This document shows, piece by piece, positions 53,793 to 61,294 of a stretch of 64,000 nucleotides of DNA (position 1 is its first letter; each line of letters opens with the position of its first letter). Where the stretch lies: sequence record NC_005260.1; one strand, written 5' to 3'. The notes beneath the pieces are model-generated. The model was not told where the DNA came from and did no database searches. It worked only from the letters and a program-made list of their open reading frames with translations. Made by a program: the position numbers and the translations under genes.

Positions 53793-54740
53793 TTACTGCA
53801 TTTGTTTCAGAAACAGCGGAGCTTGTCCGTTGCCCATCATAGTGAAGTTAGCAGGTACTTGACCGTTCCAACCGGCACCAGCTTTCTTCATTTCAACTTC
53901 CAGACGCTTCAACTCGATGATCTGCGGAGTCAGAGAAGATGCCAGTTTCTGGTTACCAATCGCAGTTTGTTCAGCCATGTAACGATCTGCATCTGCTTTC
54001 TGTTTTACACCGTCAGCATAAGCTTTGGCTTGAACGAAAGTCTGGTAAGCAGCGGCTTCAAACTTCGCTTTGTCTGCGGCAGCTTGACCCTTAGCAGTTG
54101 CTTCGGTAGTCTGTGCGGCAGTGGTAGCGATTCGCAGCTGGGATTTCTCAGCTTCTTCCTTCTGGATTCGATCTTGAGTTTGCAGAATTTGATTCTGAAT
54201 ACGCGGATCGAAAGTTACATCTTGCACCAGAACTTCTTGCAGAGTGATACCAGTGCCGGTCAGTGCTTCTTGCAGACGACGCTTGGTATTCTCTTGCATC
54301 GCGGTTACATTGAAGCTATCAGCCAGACCACGGGAGTCGGCAATCTTACGGCCTTCGTCTTTGATAATGCTAGTCAGGAACTGAGACATCGCTTTATCAA
54401 CAAACATTTCCATAGTACCGTAGTTCTTTTTGATGAACGGGGTCTTGGAGTTGTCTACACGATACAACACGGTAACGTTTGCGGTACTGTTGAAACGGTC
54501 TTTAGTCGGGATCAGCAAGTTTTCTTTAACAAACTTGTTGTTCCGGGTATCGAAAGTATCAAATCCCATGAACGGGTTTACAAAGTGCAGACCTTCTTCC
54601 AGCGGACGATCTTGAACTTCACCCATCAGAGTACCGACTTTGGTAGTACCCGCATCGACGATGGTATAAGAGTTCATACCCACGATTGCAGCGAACAGAA
54701 CACCAACAGCAACACCACCAAGTTTAAACATATCGTTCAT
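53793..54740 (-). CDS. SPFH/prohibitin (band 7) membrane protein
   Basis: N-terminal TM, LEEGLHFVNPF, GITLQEVLVQDVTF, Ala/Gln coiled coil. Confidence 0.9.
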   Translation of the reverse strand: MNDMFKLGGVAVGVLFAAIVGMNSYTIVDAGTTKVGTLMGEVQDRPLEEGLHFVNPFMGFDTFDTRNNKFVKENLLIPTKDRFNSTANVTVLYRVDNSKTPFIKKNYGTMEMFVDKAMSQFLTSIIKDEGRKIADSRGLADSFNVTAMQENTKRRLQEALTGTGITLQEVLVQDVTFDPRIQNQILQTQDRIQKEEAEKSQLRIATTAAQTTEATAKGQAAADKAKFEAAAYQTFVQAKAYADGVKQKADADRYMAEQTAIGNQKLASSLTPQIIELKRLEVEMKKAGAGWNGQVPANFTMMGNGQAPLFLKQMQ

Positions 54741-55084
54741 TAAACATTCCTTTTATATTCTCCCATAACATCTTGATAATTTTCGATGTTAAAAGCTGGG
54801 AGAGAGCAGCTTAGATTAGAATCACAGAAGTGATTCACCAGTTGATCGATAACACTGTCAGTAAGACGGAAGTTATCGGCTTCATAAGTTTCCCAGGCAT
54901 CACGTATCATTTGTTCGGTGACTGAAAAACAGAAATTGTTAACGCCATACACTTTGATTTCGATTTCTTTGTTATCGAACAGTGCAATCAGATTTTGCAC
55001 ATTCGGGCTAGTGACCATGTTTGCGCTAGTTGCGTTATAGATACCACGAGCATTAATAACAGCGTTTACAGTAACAAAGTGCAT
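54740..55084 (-). CDS. hypothetical early protein
   Basis: 114 aa; GAGGA SD. Confidence 0.75.
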   Translation of the reverse strand: MHFVTVNAVINARGIYNATSANMVTSPNVQNLIALFDNKEIEIKVYGVNNFCFSVTEQMIRDAWETYEADNFRLTDSVIDQLVNHFCDSNLSCSLPAFNIENYQDVMGEYKRNV

Positions 55085-55113
55085 GATGTTTTCCTCATTG
55101 ATTTGATAGAGCC

Positions 55114-55142
55114 ATTATCGCATGGCTCTGGGCGATAGTCAA
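55114..55142 (-). promoter_or_regulatory. early promoter with 8-bp IR around -10
   Basis: TTGACT-N17-GATAAT; AGAGCCAT/ATGGCTCT at 55108-55129. Confidence 0.75.
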
Positions 55143-55154
55143 CAACTTTTTTAA

Positions 55155-55592
55155 TTAACTGCGGTCATCATCGAGGCTCGGTTCGTCCCAGTAATCATCC
55201 ATTTCAAGAGGATAATCCCAATTCAACGAATCAAACCTAGATTCGCGTGGTTTAAAGTCGATCATCAACTCTTTGCACATTTTCAGATAACGCTCAGCCG
55301 CTTTCCGTTTAAAGAACAGACGATGGCTATTATACCCGTTTTTGATACCCACGTTGCAGTCGATCAGACTGAATTCGCTGTTATGATTGCCGATAGTACC
55401 ATCACTGAATACATAGCCAGCGGGAACAAACAGAGAATCGCTTTCTCGCAGAGGTTTCGGAATATTCTTCCAGATGTGAACTTGCGGACGACCACGAACA
55501 ACGTACTTGGTAACAAACGAACTTTCGCCAAGCGCATGGACATAGTATACAGTTTTGCCAGCTTTGATATTCTTTTTGTTCATCTTTTTCAT
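55155..55592 (-). CDS. hypothetical early protein
   Basis: 145 aa; GAGGA SD. Confidence 0.75.
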   Translation of the reverse strand: MKKMNKKNIKAGKTVYYVHALGESSFVTKYVVRGRPQVHIWKNIPKPLRESDSLFVPAGYVFSDGTIGNHNSEFSLIDCNVGIKNGYNSHRLFFKRKAAERYLKMCKELMIDFKPRESRFDSLNWDYPLEMDDYWDEPSLDDDRS

Positions 55593-55620
55593 GATTATTT
55601 CCTCTCGTTTCGATGTAGTT

Positions 55621-55648
55621 AGTTTAACAGGTCACACATTGTTGTCAA
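55621..55648 (-). promoter_or_regulatory. early promoter
   Basis: TTGACA-N16-TAAACT; leader CATCGAAAC. Confidence 0.7.
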
Positions 55649-55660
55649 CGACTTTTTGAG

Positions 55661-55915
55661 TTATTTTGCCCAACCCGGTTTGTAGCATTCCCAAGTGATT
55701 TCGATACCACACTCATCGGCGATTTGTTGTGCCGTTTCATGTGCATCCACCAGACTATCTTCAAAATCTTCGAAAATCTCTTGTCCAAAAACTTCTTCGG
55801 CAGCACCAGTTGCTTTTACACCGTAATGCTCTTCCAGAACATCTTCATCGTTTTCATCTTGAGCCACAACAGCTTCGTAAGAATAGATGATAACTTGAGT
55901 GATTTCTTTGGACAT
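55661..55915 (-). CDS. small very acidic hypothetical protein
   Basis: 84 aa, Glu/Asp-rich. Confidence 0.75.
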   Translation of the reverse strand: MSKEITQVIIYSYEAVVAQDENDEDVLEEHYGVKATGAAEEVFGQEIFEDFEDSLVDAHETAQQIADECGIEITWECYKPGWAK

Positions 55916-55947
55916 GATACTTTCTCTTTGTTGTCTTGATGTGGCCC

Positions 55948-55976
55948 ATTATAACAGCAATGAGCCACACAGTCAA
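55948..55976 (-). promoter_or_regulatory. early promoter with IR around -10
   Basis: TTGACT-N17-TATAAT; TGTGGCTCATT/AATGGGCCACA at 55940-55969. Confidence 0.8.
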
Positions 55977-55979
55977 GCA

Positions 55980-56909
55980 CTAAGAAAAGAAATTTCGAAC
56001 TTTTTTCTTAATGATCTTGCACCACAAATCCCTGATAATAGCGTTGATAACAGGCATCATCTGCTTGTAGATCTTCGCGCTTTCATCGGTAGTGCCGTGC
56101 GCACCCGCAATCCGCTTTTTGAAGTGGTCCACGGTGATACCAACTTGACAACCAGCACTTACCATAACTTTGTCGTCTTGAGTGAAAAACAGAACATTGC
56201 GACCACGCTTACCACAACCAGAAAGCAGGAAATGATCGCCGACATTCAGATTCGCATATGACGGCAGATTGATCTTGAACAGCTTAACGCATTCGCCAAT
56301 CTTGTTGCCTTCGTTGCAGTGGACAGCGCCCAGACTCGCGTATTGTTCGATTACGCTAAGATTGCAGATATGGGATTCGAAGATATCAACAGACCGTTTG
56401 ATTTCGCAATGTTCACCAATCATGGAGTTTCGAACTTTAACGCCGTCCCACAGTTTAGCGTATTGACGAATTTCCGTTCCGGTTCCGATATTGCAAGATG
56501 AACTAATGCGAACATTATTTCGAATTCGGCAACGCTCATAGATAGTGGTATTATATCCGATTCTAACGCTTTCGCCAATTACGGTATCACGTTTAATCGT
56601 AACGTTATCGTCAATATCAACGTTATCCATGATAACAACATCGTCTCCGATTTGAGAACGAGTGCCGATGCGGCAGTTTTCTCCGATACAGCAACTACCG
56701 ATTCTTCCGCTCACGAAACGCGAACTGAAAACTGTACCCTTTCCAACCCAGAATTTCTCAGTTGTCTTTGGCATTTCCACGATGTTTTCGATTTTAGCGC
56801 CGATATCACCGTTGTTAATGAAAATATCCTTTCCCGCTGGGTTGTAAAACTTAAAATATGTCAATGCTTCAATGTGACCATCGTCATTGATTTTCCAGAG
56901 TTCAGTCAT
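55980..56909 (-). CDS. left-handed beta-helix (hexapeptide repeat) protein
   Basis: IGENCR-IGTRSQ-IGDDVV-IMDNVD-IDDNVT... repeats; C-terminal VSAGC...F...I...HG. Confidence 0.85.
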   Translation of the reverse strand: MTELWKINDDGHIEALTYFKFYNPAGKDIFINNGDIGAKIENIVEMPKTTEKFWVGKGTVFSSRFVSGRIGSCCIGENCRIGTRSQIGDDVVIMDNVDIDDNVTIKRDTVIGESVRIGYNTTIYERCRIRNNVRISSSCNIGTGTEIRQYAKLWDGVKVRNSMIGEHCEIKRSVDIFESHICNLSVIEQYASLGAVHCNEGNKIGECVKLFKINLPSYANLNVGDHFLLSGCGKRGRNVLFFTQDDKVMVSAGCQVGITVDHFKKRIAGAHGTTDESAKIYKQMMPVINAIIRDLWCKIIKKKVRNFFS

Positions 56910-56911
56910 GA

Positions 56912-57052
56912 TTAGTTCACCATATTATGAAAAGCGTTAACACAAACAATCAGAGCGAACAGCGCCCGCATTTGATCCGGTTCAGCAAAGAATACACCAT
57001 AAGCGCCAAGCAATGCAATGCAAATCATCACAATTTTATTTTTCTTGTTCAT
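56912..57052 (-). CDS. small two-TM membrane protein
   Basis: start revised to MNKKNKIV; ATGA overlap. Confidence 0.65.
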   Translation of the reverse strand: MNKKNKIVMICIALLGAYGVFFAEPDQMRALFALIVCVNAFHNMVN

Positions 57053-57312
57053 AGATCTTTGTCCAGTTCGACTATAGTTTTCATATGAGAGATAACGGAT
57101 TTGATAGTCGTAAATCTCACATGGCGCTGACTGCAATTGTTTGTGATTGTGTACCCAAACAGATTTGGAGTAACCCAGTATGACATGCATTCCAGATTCA
57201 CAACGCAACAATCACGGTACCGCTCGAACTTGATACCTTCTTTTTTCAGAAGTTTAGCGACTTCACCAACACGGCGTGACATGATAGATCGCGTGATATC
57301 TTCGATTAACAC
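57049..57312 (-). CDS. hypothetical protein
   Basis: 87 aa; start uncertain. Confidence 0.65.
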   Translation of the reverse strand: MLIEDITRSIMSRRVGEVAKLLKKEGIKFERYRDCCVVNLECMSYWVTPNLFGYTITNNCSQRHVRFTTIKSVISHMKTIVELDKDL

Positions 57313-57620
57313 TTTTCGATCTCCACTCTGGAATTACCCCAAGTTTGAATCGCTCGGATCATTTCTTCTTCGTTTCCGAAGATAGTCGATACCTTATCAC
57401 ATATCCGCTTCTTATAGCTGGAAGTTGATGTGCAACGGAAGTTGGTCTGTTTTACAAAGATATCGGCAATTGCTTGTGATTGCGCGTGATTTGAAATCCA
57501 CACTTCCAGTTGAAAACGAGTGCCAAACTGGGTAGAACTAACAACAACATTGTGATAACTGAAACCCAGCTTCTCCAGCATTTGCTTTACAACGATTTGC
57601 AATTCTTGCTTGATAGTCAT
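57306..57620 (-). CDS. hypothetical protein
   Basis: 104 aa, coupled. Confidence 0.7.
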   Translation of the reverse strand: MTIKQELQIVVKQMLEKLGFSYHNVVVSSTQFGTRFQLEVWISNHAQSQAIADIFVKQTNFRCTSTSSYKKRICDKVSTIFGNEEEMIRAIQTWGNSRVEIEKC

Positions 57621-57790
57621 ACGTTAGTCTCCAGAACATAGATAGAATGCAAAATGCTTTCGATTTCTTGGTTCCAGATAGCGCGTTGATCCGCACCAGC
57701 GGGAGTCCACGTGCCTTCATAAGAGGCTTCGATCATATTTTGCAGATACTTGATTTGTTCTTTCAGAACTTCGATGGCGATTTTGTTCAT
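57617..57790 (-). CDS. small hypothetical early protein
   Basis: start revised to MNKIAIE (GAGGA SD). Confidence 0.7.
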   Translation of the reverse strand: MNKIAIEVLKEQIKYLQNMIEASYEGTWTPAGADQRAIWNQEIESILHSIYVLETNV

Positions 57791-57830
57791 GATATTTTCC
57801 TCAGTGTTTGTGTTGCGTCTTGATGTAACC

Positions 57831-57858
57831 ATAATAACAGGTCCGTACCAAGACGCAA
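57831..57858 (-). promoter_or_regulatory. early promoter
   Basis: TTGCGT-N16-TATTAT with TG extension. Confidence 0.6.
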
Positions 57859-57871
57859 GAACTTTTTTCAA

Positions 57872-58105
57872 TTAATCCAAATAAACTTTTGGACCATAGT
57901 GCTCGAAATCCTCACGGATCATGAACTCACATTCTTGTCCGTTTCGTTCTTCGTCATGGACATAGGTACAAATCCACTCCCAAGCACCATCTTCACTCCG
58001 TACTGGCTTAGTCTTGCAAACAAAACGCGCAACATGAAAGCCGTATACTTCACAGAACGGAGTACCGACTTCCAGCTTCTTTACACAATCGTCAATCCTA
58101 CTCAT
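57872..58105 (-). CDS. hypothetical protein
   Basis: 77 aa, coupled. Confidence 0.7.
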   Translation of the reverse strand: MSRIDDCVKKLEVGTPFCEVYGFHVARFVCKTKPVRSEDGAWEWICTYVHDEERNGQECEFMIREDFEHYGPKVYLD

Positions 58106-58337
58106 TCAAAAACCCCTTCTTGTCGAGTACCTTACAGGCTTCGCGAACAGCTTCCACGCTTTCGCTAATGCTTTCGTCGTGACCATACACGGCAACATGA
58201 CGCATCACTTTGTCCATGCAACCCGGAAGATTGTTATTCCAGATAACAGACACTGGATCTACCAACGGACGTCCTTTCAAGAAAGTCGCCAGCATGACCT
58301 TGTTTACGTGATCTTTAGTTTCTTGCCAATAACTCAT
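58098..58337 (-). CDS. hypothetical protein
   Basis: start revised to MSYWQET. Confidence 0.65.
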   Translation of the reverse strand: MSYWQETKDHVNKVMLATFLKGRPLVDPVSVIWNNNLPGCMDKVMRHVAVYGHDESISESVEAVREACKVLDKKGFLNE

Positions 58338-58525
58338 TAGATAATTCCTGCAACAGTGAACAGATAATAAGAGATACCGATAACCGGAGACATCAGAGCA
58401 AGAGTGACCGGCAATCTGATTTTCATACGATATTCTTCCCAGCATTCAATCCAATTGCTGGCCATGATGCCGTAAGTGATCATAACGAAAAACAGAACAA
58501 CGTCAATTACTTCGATGCTTTCCAT
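58337..58525 (-). CDS. small two-TM membrane protein
   Basis: 62 aa; GAGGAG SD. Confidence 0.7.
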   Translation of the reverse strand: MESIEVIDVVLFFVMITYGIMASNWIECWEEYRMKIRLPVTLALMSPVIGISYYLFTVAGII

Positions 58526-58551
58526 GATTATCTCCTCGCTTCAATATGGAT

Positions 58552-58579
58552 ATAATAACAGGCTGATTCCGGTTTGCAA
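58552..58579 (-). promoter_or_regulatory. early promoter
   Basis: TTGCAA-N16-TATTAT. Confidence 0.6.
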
Positions 58580-58592
58580 GCACTAAAACGAA

Positions 58593-58614
58593 AAAAGCAC
58601 CCGAAGGTGCTTTT
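58593..58614 (-). terminator. UUCG terminator
   Basis: AAAAGCACC-TTCG-GGTGCTTTT-TT. Confidence 0.85.
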
Positions 58615-59173
58615 ATTTTACGATAACAACATCAGTCAGACTTTCGCCCAACACGTTCTCGGCTTCTTCGATCCAATCAGCGGATTCAACGCTTTCATAA
58701 AAATCATCAACGCTTTCGAAAATAGCTTGTTTCTGTCCCATTTCGGTACGCTTCTTGGATTGAAATCCAGCAGTTCCCTTAGGGTAAACCGTAGCGATCT
58801 CAATCTGACGATTGCGAACACGCCCAGCAACGCTGATATCCATGCCCTTAGAGTGGAACATGAATTGACCATTTCGGATCTTTTGATCTTCAACGTAATG
58901 AGCAATCTTTCGATAGAATGCTTTCCAGTCTTCTGGACTAACATCGTTTCGGCGTTGTGCTGCTCGCGCTTGTGCATGAATCGAACTCATGAAATCATAG
59001 ACCCCAACTTTCATTTTGGTAGCCAGTTTAGATCTCTTTGAGAGTTCGAACTCCTGTTCTTTAGTAAGCTCAACAACTTGATTTTTGCTATAAACAGGTT
59101 TCTTTTGATCCTTCTCCAGTTGTTCATCGCCGGGCATATGAGACTCGGCTAGAAAATCAGCCAGTGATTTCAT
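58613..59173 (-). CDS. probable internal head protein (capsid-targeting N-terminus)
   Basis: starts MKSLADFLAE, resembling T4 IP capsid-targeting MKTYQEFIAE; downstream of CTAAATA. Confidence 0.55.
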   Translation of the reverse strand: MKSLADFLAESHMPGDEQLEKDQKKPVYSKNQVVELTKEQEFELSKRSKLATKMKVGVYDFMSSIHAQARAAQRRNDVSPEDWKAFYRKIAHYVEDQKIRNGQFMFHSKGMDISVAGRVRNRQIEIATVYPKGTAGFQSKKRTEMGQKQAIFESVDDFYESVESADWIEEAENVLGESLTDVVIVK

Positions 59174-59414
59174 TTTTATCCCTCTTGATTTTTTGACGTA
59201 GAATGATATCCACGACAATAAGAACGACGATACCAGCGCCGAAATACATTGCAAATGGACCGTCACTCTCAACGAAAGTATCGGTGATCCATGCCTGACC
59301 AGCAGCGAATGCCATAGATCCTAGCAGCAGTTGCCACAGAGTACAACACAGCTTTTGGAAAAACTTGATATCGAATCCAGCCAACACTTTTTTCAATTCT
59401 TCTTCATCAGTCAT
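59157..59414 (-). CDS. late-expressed small two-TM membrane protein
   Basis: start revised to MTDEEEL (AGGAG SD); late box at 59434-59440. Confidence 0.7.
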   Translation of the reverse strand: MTDEEELKKVLAGFDIKFFQKLCCTLWQLLLGSMAFAAGQAWITDTFVESDGPFAMYFGAGIVVLIVVDIILRQKIKRDKNEITG

Positions 59415-59433
59415 TTTTATTCTCCTAAAACTA

Positions 59434-59440
59434 TATTTAG
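59434..59440 (-). promoter_or_regulatory. late promoter CTAAATA
   Basis: same heptamer as at 26100, 29373, 32066, 43187, 47610. Confidence 0.65.
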
Positions 59441-59625
59441 TTAGAAATGAACATAACCGACTTAGTACCGAATTGAGCAAGCACAACTAGCCATACGAAT
59501 GCAACAAAAAAGTAAAACGAGTTCTTACGCTTTTGTAATGTTTCACCGAACACGGCACCATGAAGCGAGATTATGATAGAGATTGTGTAAGTCATGTTCA
59601 GCGCAAGAATACCAAGTCCAATCAT
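59437..59625 (-). CDS. small membrane protein
   Basis: start revised to MIGLGIL; ATGA overlap. Confidence 0.6.
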   Translation of the reverse strand: MIGLGILALNMTYTISIIISLHGAVFGETLQKRKNSFYFFVAFVWLVVLAQFGTKSVMFISN

Positions 59626-59753
59626 TTTATCATCCCATTTGTGAGTAGATAGAAGCATACACCGAAACCGATTATGGCGCCGCGAGTTATGTTATTGCCA
59701 ACTACAAGCAAAAACGCTGCCGCAGATAGCAACAAATTAGTTTCGATAAACAT
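59622..59753 (-). CDS. small membrane protein (43 aa, not in track)
   Basis: MFIETNLLLSAAAFLLVVGNNITRGAIIGFGVCFYLLTNGMIK; coupled at both ends. Confidence 0.6.
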   Translation of the reverse strand: MFIETNLLLSAAAFLLVVGNNITRGAIIGFGVCFYLLTNGMIK

Positions 59754-60037
59754 CAGATTTCTCCGAGTTCAATCAGTTCATAATCGTCGGCAGTCTTGCG
59801 CTTGATATCGTAGTTTGACAATTCCGGATTATCTGTGCCGGAGTTATACCAATCAACAACTTTCGTATGATTGATTACGTTTTCGAAGATACCGCGATCA
59901 CTTGAAATGAACGGAACAGAGCAAAGAAAATCAAACTCGGCAGTGATGCTGTTACAGAACTCCGCATCTTCGTGTGAGGATAAACTGATACCAAGCCAAA
60001 GATCTTTCTTCTCTTTATGACGCATTGCATAGAACAT
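59753..60037 (-). CDS. hypothetical early protein
   Basis: start revised to MFYAMRH (GAGGA SD). Confidence 0.75.
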   Translation of the reverse strand: MFYAMRHKEKKDLWLGISLSSHEDAEFCNSITAEFDFLCSVPFISSDRGIFENVINHTKVVDWYNSGTDNPELSNYDIKRKTADDYELIELGEI

Positions 60038-60065
60038 GATAATTTCCTCTCTAAAAGATAGGCTC

Positions 60066-60093
60066 ATTCTACACGAACGAGCCTAGTTGTCAA
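60066..60093 (-). promoter_or_regulatory. early promoter with IR around -10
   Basis: TTGACA-N16-TAGAAT; TAGGCTCGTTC/GAATGAGCCTA at 60059-60085. Confidence 0.75.
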
Positions 60094-60429
60094 TCAACTC
60101 AGACCAAGAATTTTCTTTTCTTCGTCACTCAGTTTAGCGAGCGCGGCAGCTTTCTTCTCGTTGTTGATTTTGGTTTCGTAGTCTTCGCGTTTGCGAATTA
60201 CGGTAATCCGATCTTTAACGAGGAAGCTGAATTCTTCGCCGTCGATATCGAATGTCAGAACATCTTTTGCACCAGAGTAGCAGGCGCCATTGCCACCGTA
60301 CCAACCCTTGCCCTTAGACAGTTCCAATCCCAGAGCCTCGCTGGTAGAGTAGCAGAACACAGCAGATCGGCGTTCGTCGGTAGATACGGTTATTTCGTAT
60401 GCTTTTTCTTTTTTCAGTTGTACAGTCAT
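60094..60429 (-). CDS. hypothetical protein
   Basis: 111 aa; GAGG SD; C-terminal AALAKLSDEEKKILGL. Confidence 0.75.
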   Translation of the reverse strand: MTVQLKKEKAYEITVSTDERRSAVFCYSTSEALGLELSKGKGWYGGNGACYSGAKDVLTFDIDGEEFSFLVKDRITVIRKREDYETKINNEKKAAALAKLSDEEKKILGLS

Positions 60430-60436
60430 ATTAACC

Positions 60437-60625
60437 TCACAGATATTCAGTTGCGGATGCGATTTCGATATTGTTCAGCTTGATACTGATTTCCAGCGTT
60501 ACATCGTTATAATAGCCATGGCGGCGATTCAGTGAAATATCGAGATTTGATTTCAGGTATTCTTCTACCTTGGCTTCGATCTTCTGTTCCAACTCTTCTT
60601 CGCTGATAGTAATCATTTTGCTCAT
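60437..60625 (-). CDS. small acidic hypothetical protein (paralog of next gene)
   Basis: YLKSNLDIS...LEISIKLNNIEIASATEY. Confidence 0.7.
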   Translation of the reverse strand: MSKMITISEEELEQKIEAKVEEYLKSNLDISLNRRHGYYNDVTLEISIKLNNIEIASATEYL

Positions 60626-60876
60626 TGCCAGTTGTCCTTCTCACCTATGATATCGCAGATGTATTCTGAATCGCTGGCGATTACTTCGCCGTCAAGCTGA
60701 ATTTCTACTTCGAGTTTACCATCGGTAGCACTCATTGAGACTTCCAGCTTTTCTTTCAGATACGCTTTAAGTTGTTCCAGTATATCTGGACTCAAACTGT
60801 TGTCAACTGATTTTTCCACAATTTTTGTGCTCTTTACATTGCGTTGTTGTGTAGCCGTCAAACACAGAACGAGCAC
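60622..60876 (-). CDS. small acidic hypothetical protein (start uncertain)
   Basis: YLKEKLEVS...LEVEIQLDGEVIASDSEY. Confidence 0.6.
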   Translation of the reverse strand: MLVLCLTATQQRNVKSTKIVEKSVDNSLSPDILEQLKAYLKEKLEVSMSATDGKLEVEIQLDGEVIASDSEYICDIIGEKDNWQ

Positions 60877-61294
60877 GATAATAGTCCTTAGCTGTGAATC
60901 CGTTCACACTATCAACGTGGATAAAATGTTCTTTTTGTGACTCCAACATATCGTCGTCATCATCAACAATCACATAATTTTCACATTCTTGGTGTTTGTT
61001 CAGCCACTCTTGAATCAACTCGCCGCGATTCTCACCAACAAGATCTCTTGTCTTGAAATCCTCGTGCAGACAATCAGGTGGGAATCCTGCCATCGCAAGT
61101 TGATCCTTCACCATCTGCGCATCGCAGCCAAGTCTCCAAGTGCTACTGTATACCACTTTCAAATTGTAGTCAACGATAAGTTTGGATAAAAGCTTTACAG
61201 CTCCTATGTCTACCATTTGCCCGTATTTCAAGTAACTGCTATCGCTATGAAATACGCCGTCAACATCGAGAAACATTACACGGCATTTTTTCAT
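60803..61294 (-). CDS. HAD-superfamily phosphatase (Swiss-army-knife RNA-repair-like HAD)
   Basis: FLDVDGV, VYSSTWR, RGELIQEWL, YVIVDD motifs. Confidence 0.85.
   Translation of the reverse strand: MKKCRVMFLDVDGVFHSDSSYLKYGQMVDIGAVKLLSKLIVDYNLKVVYSSTWRLGCDAQMVKDQLAMAGFPPDCLHEDFKTRDLVGENRGELIQEWLNKHQECENYVIVDDDDDMLESQKEHFIHVDSVNGFTAKDYYRARSVFDGYTTTQCKEHKNCGKIS

Noticed and set aside
53802-54743. 313-aa plus-strand ORF, and similar plus-strand ORFs at 52498-53373, 19414-20232 and 16635-17408
   Set aside because: Mirror frames of well-supported minus-strand genes, caused by codon bias
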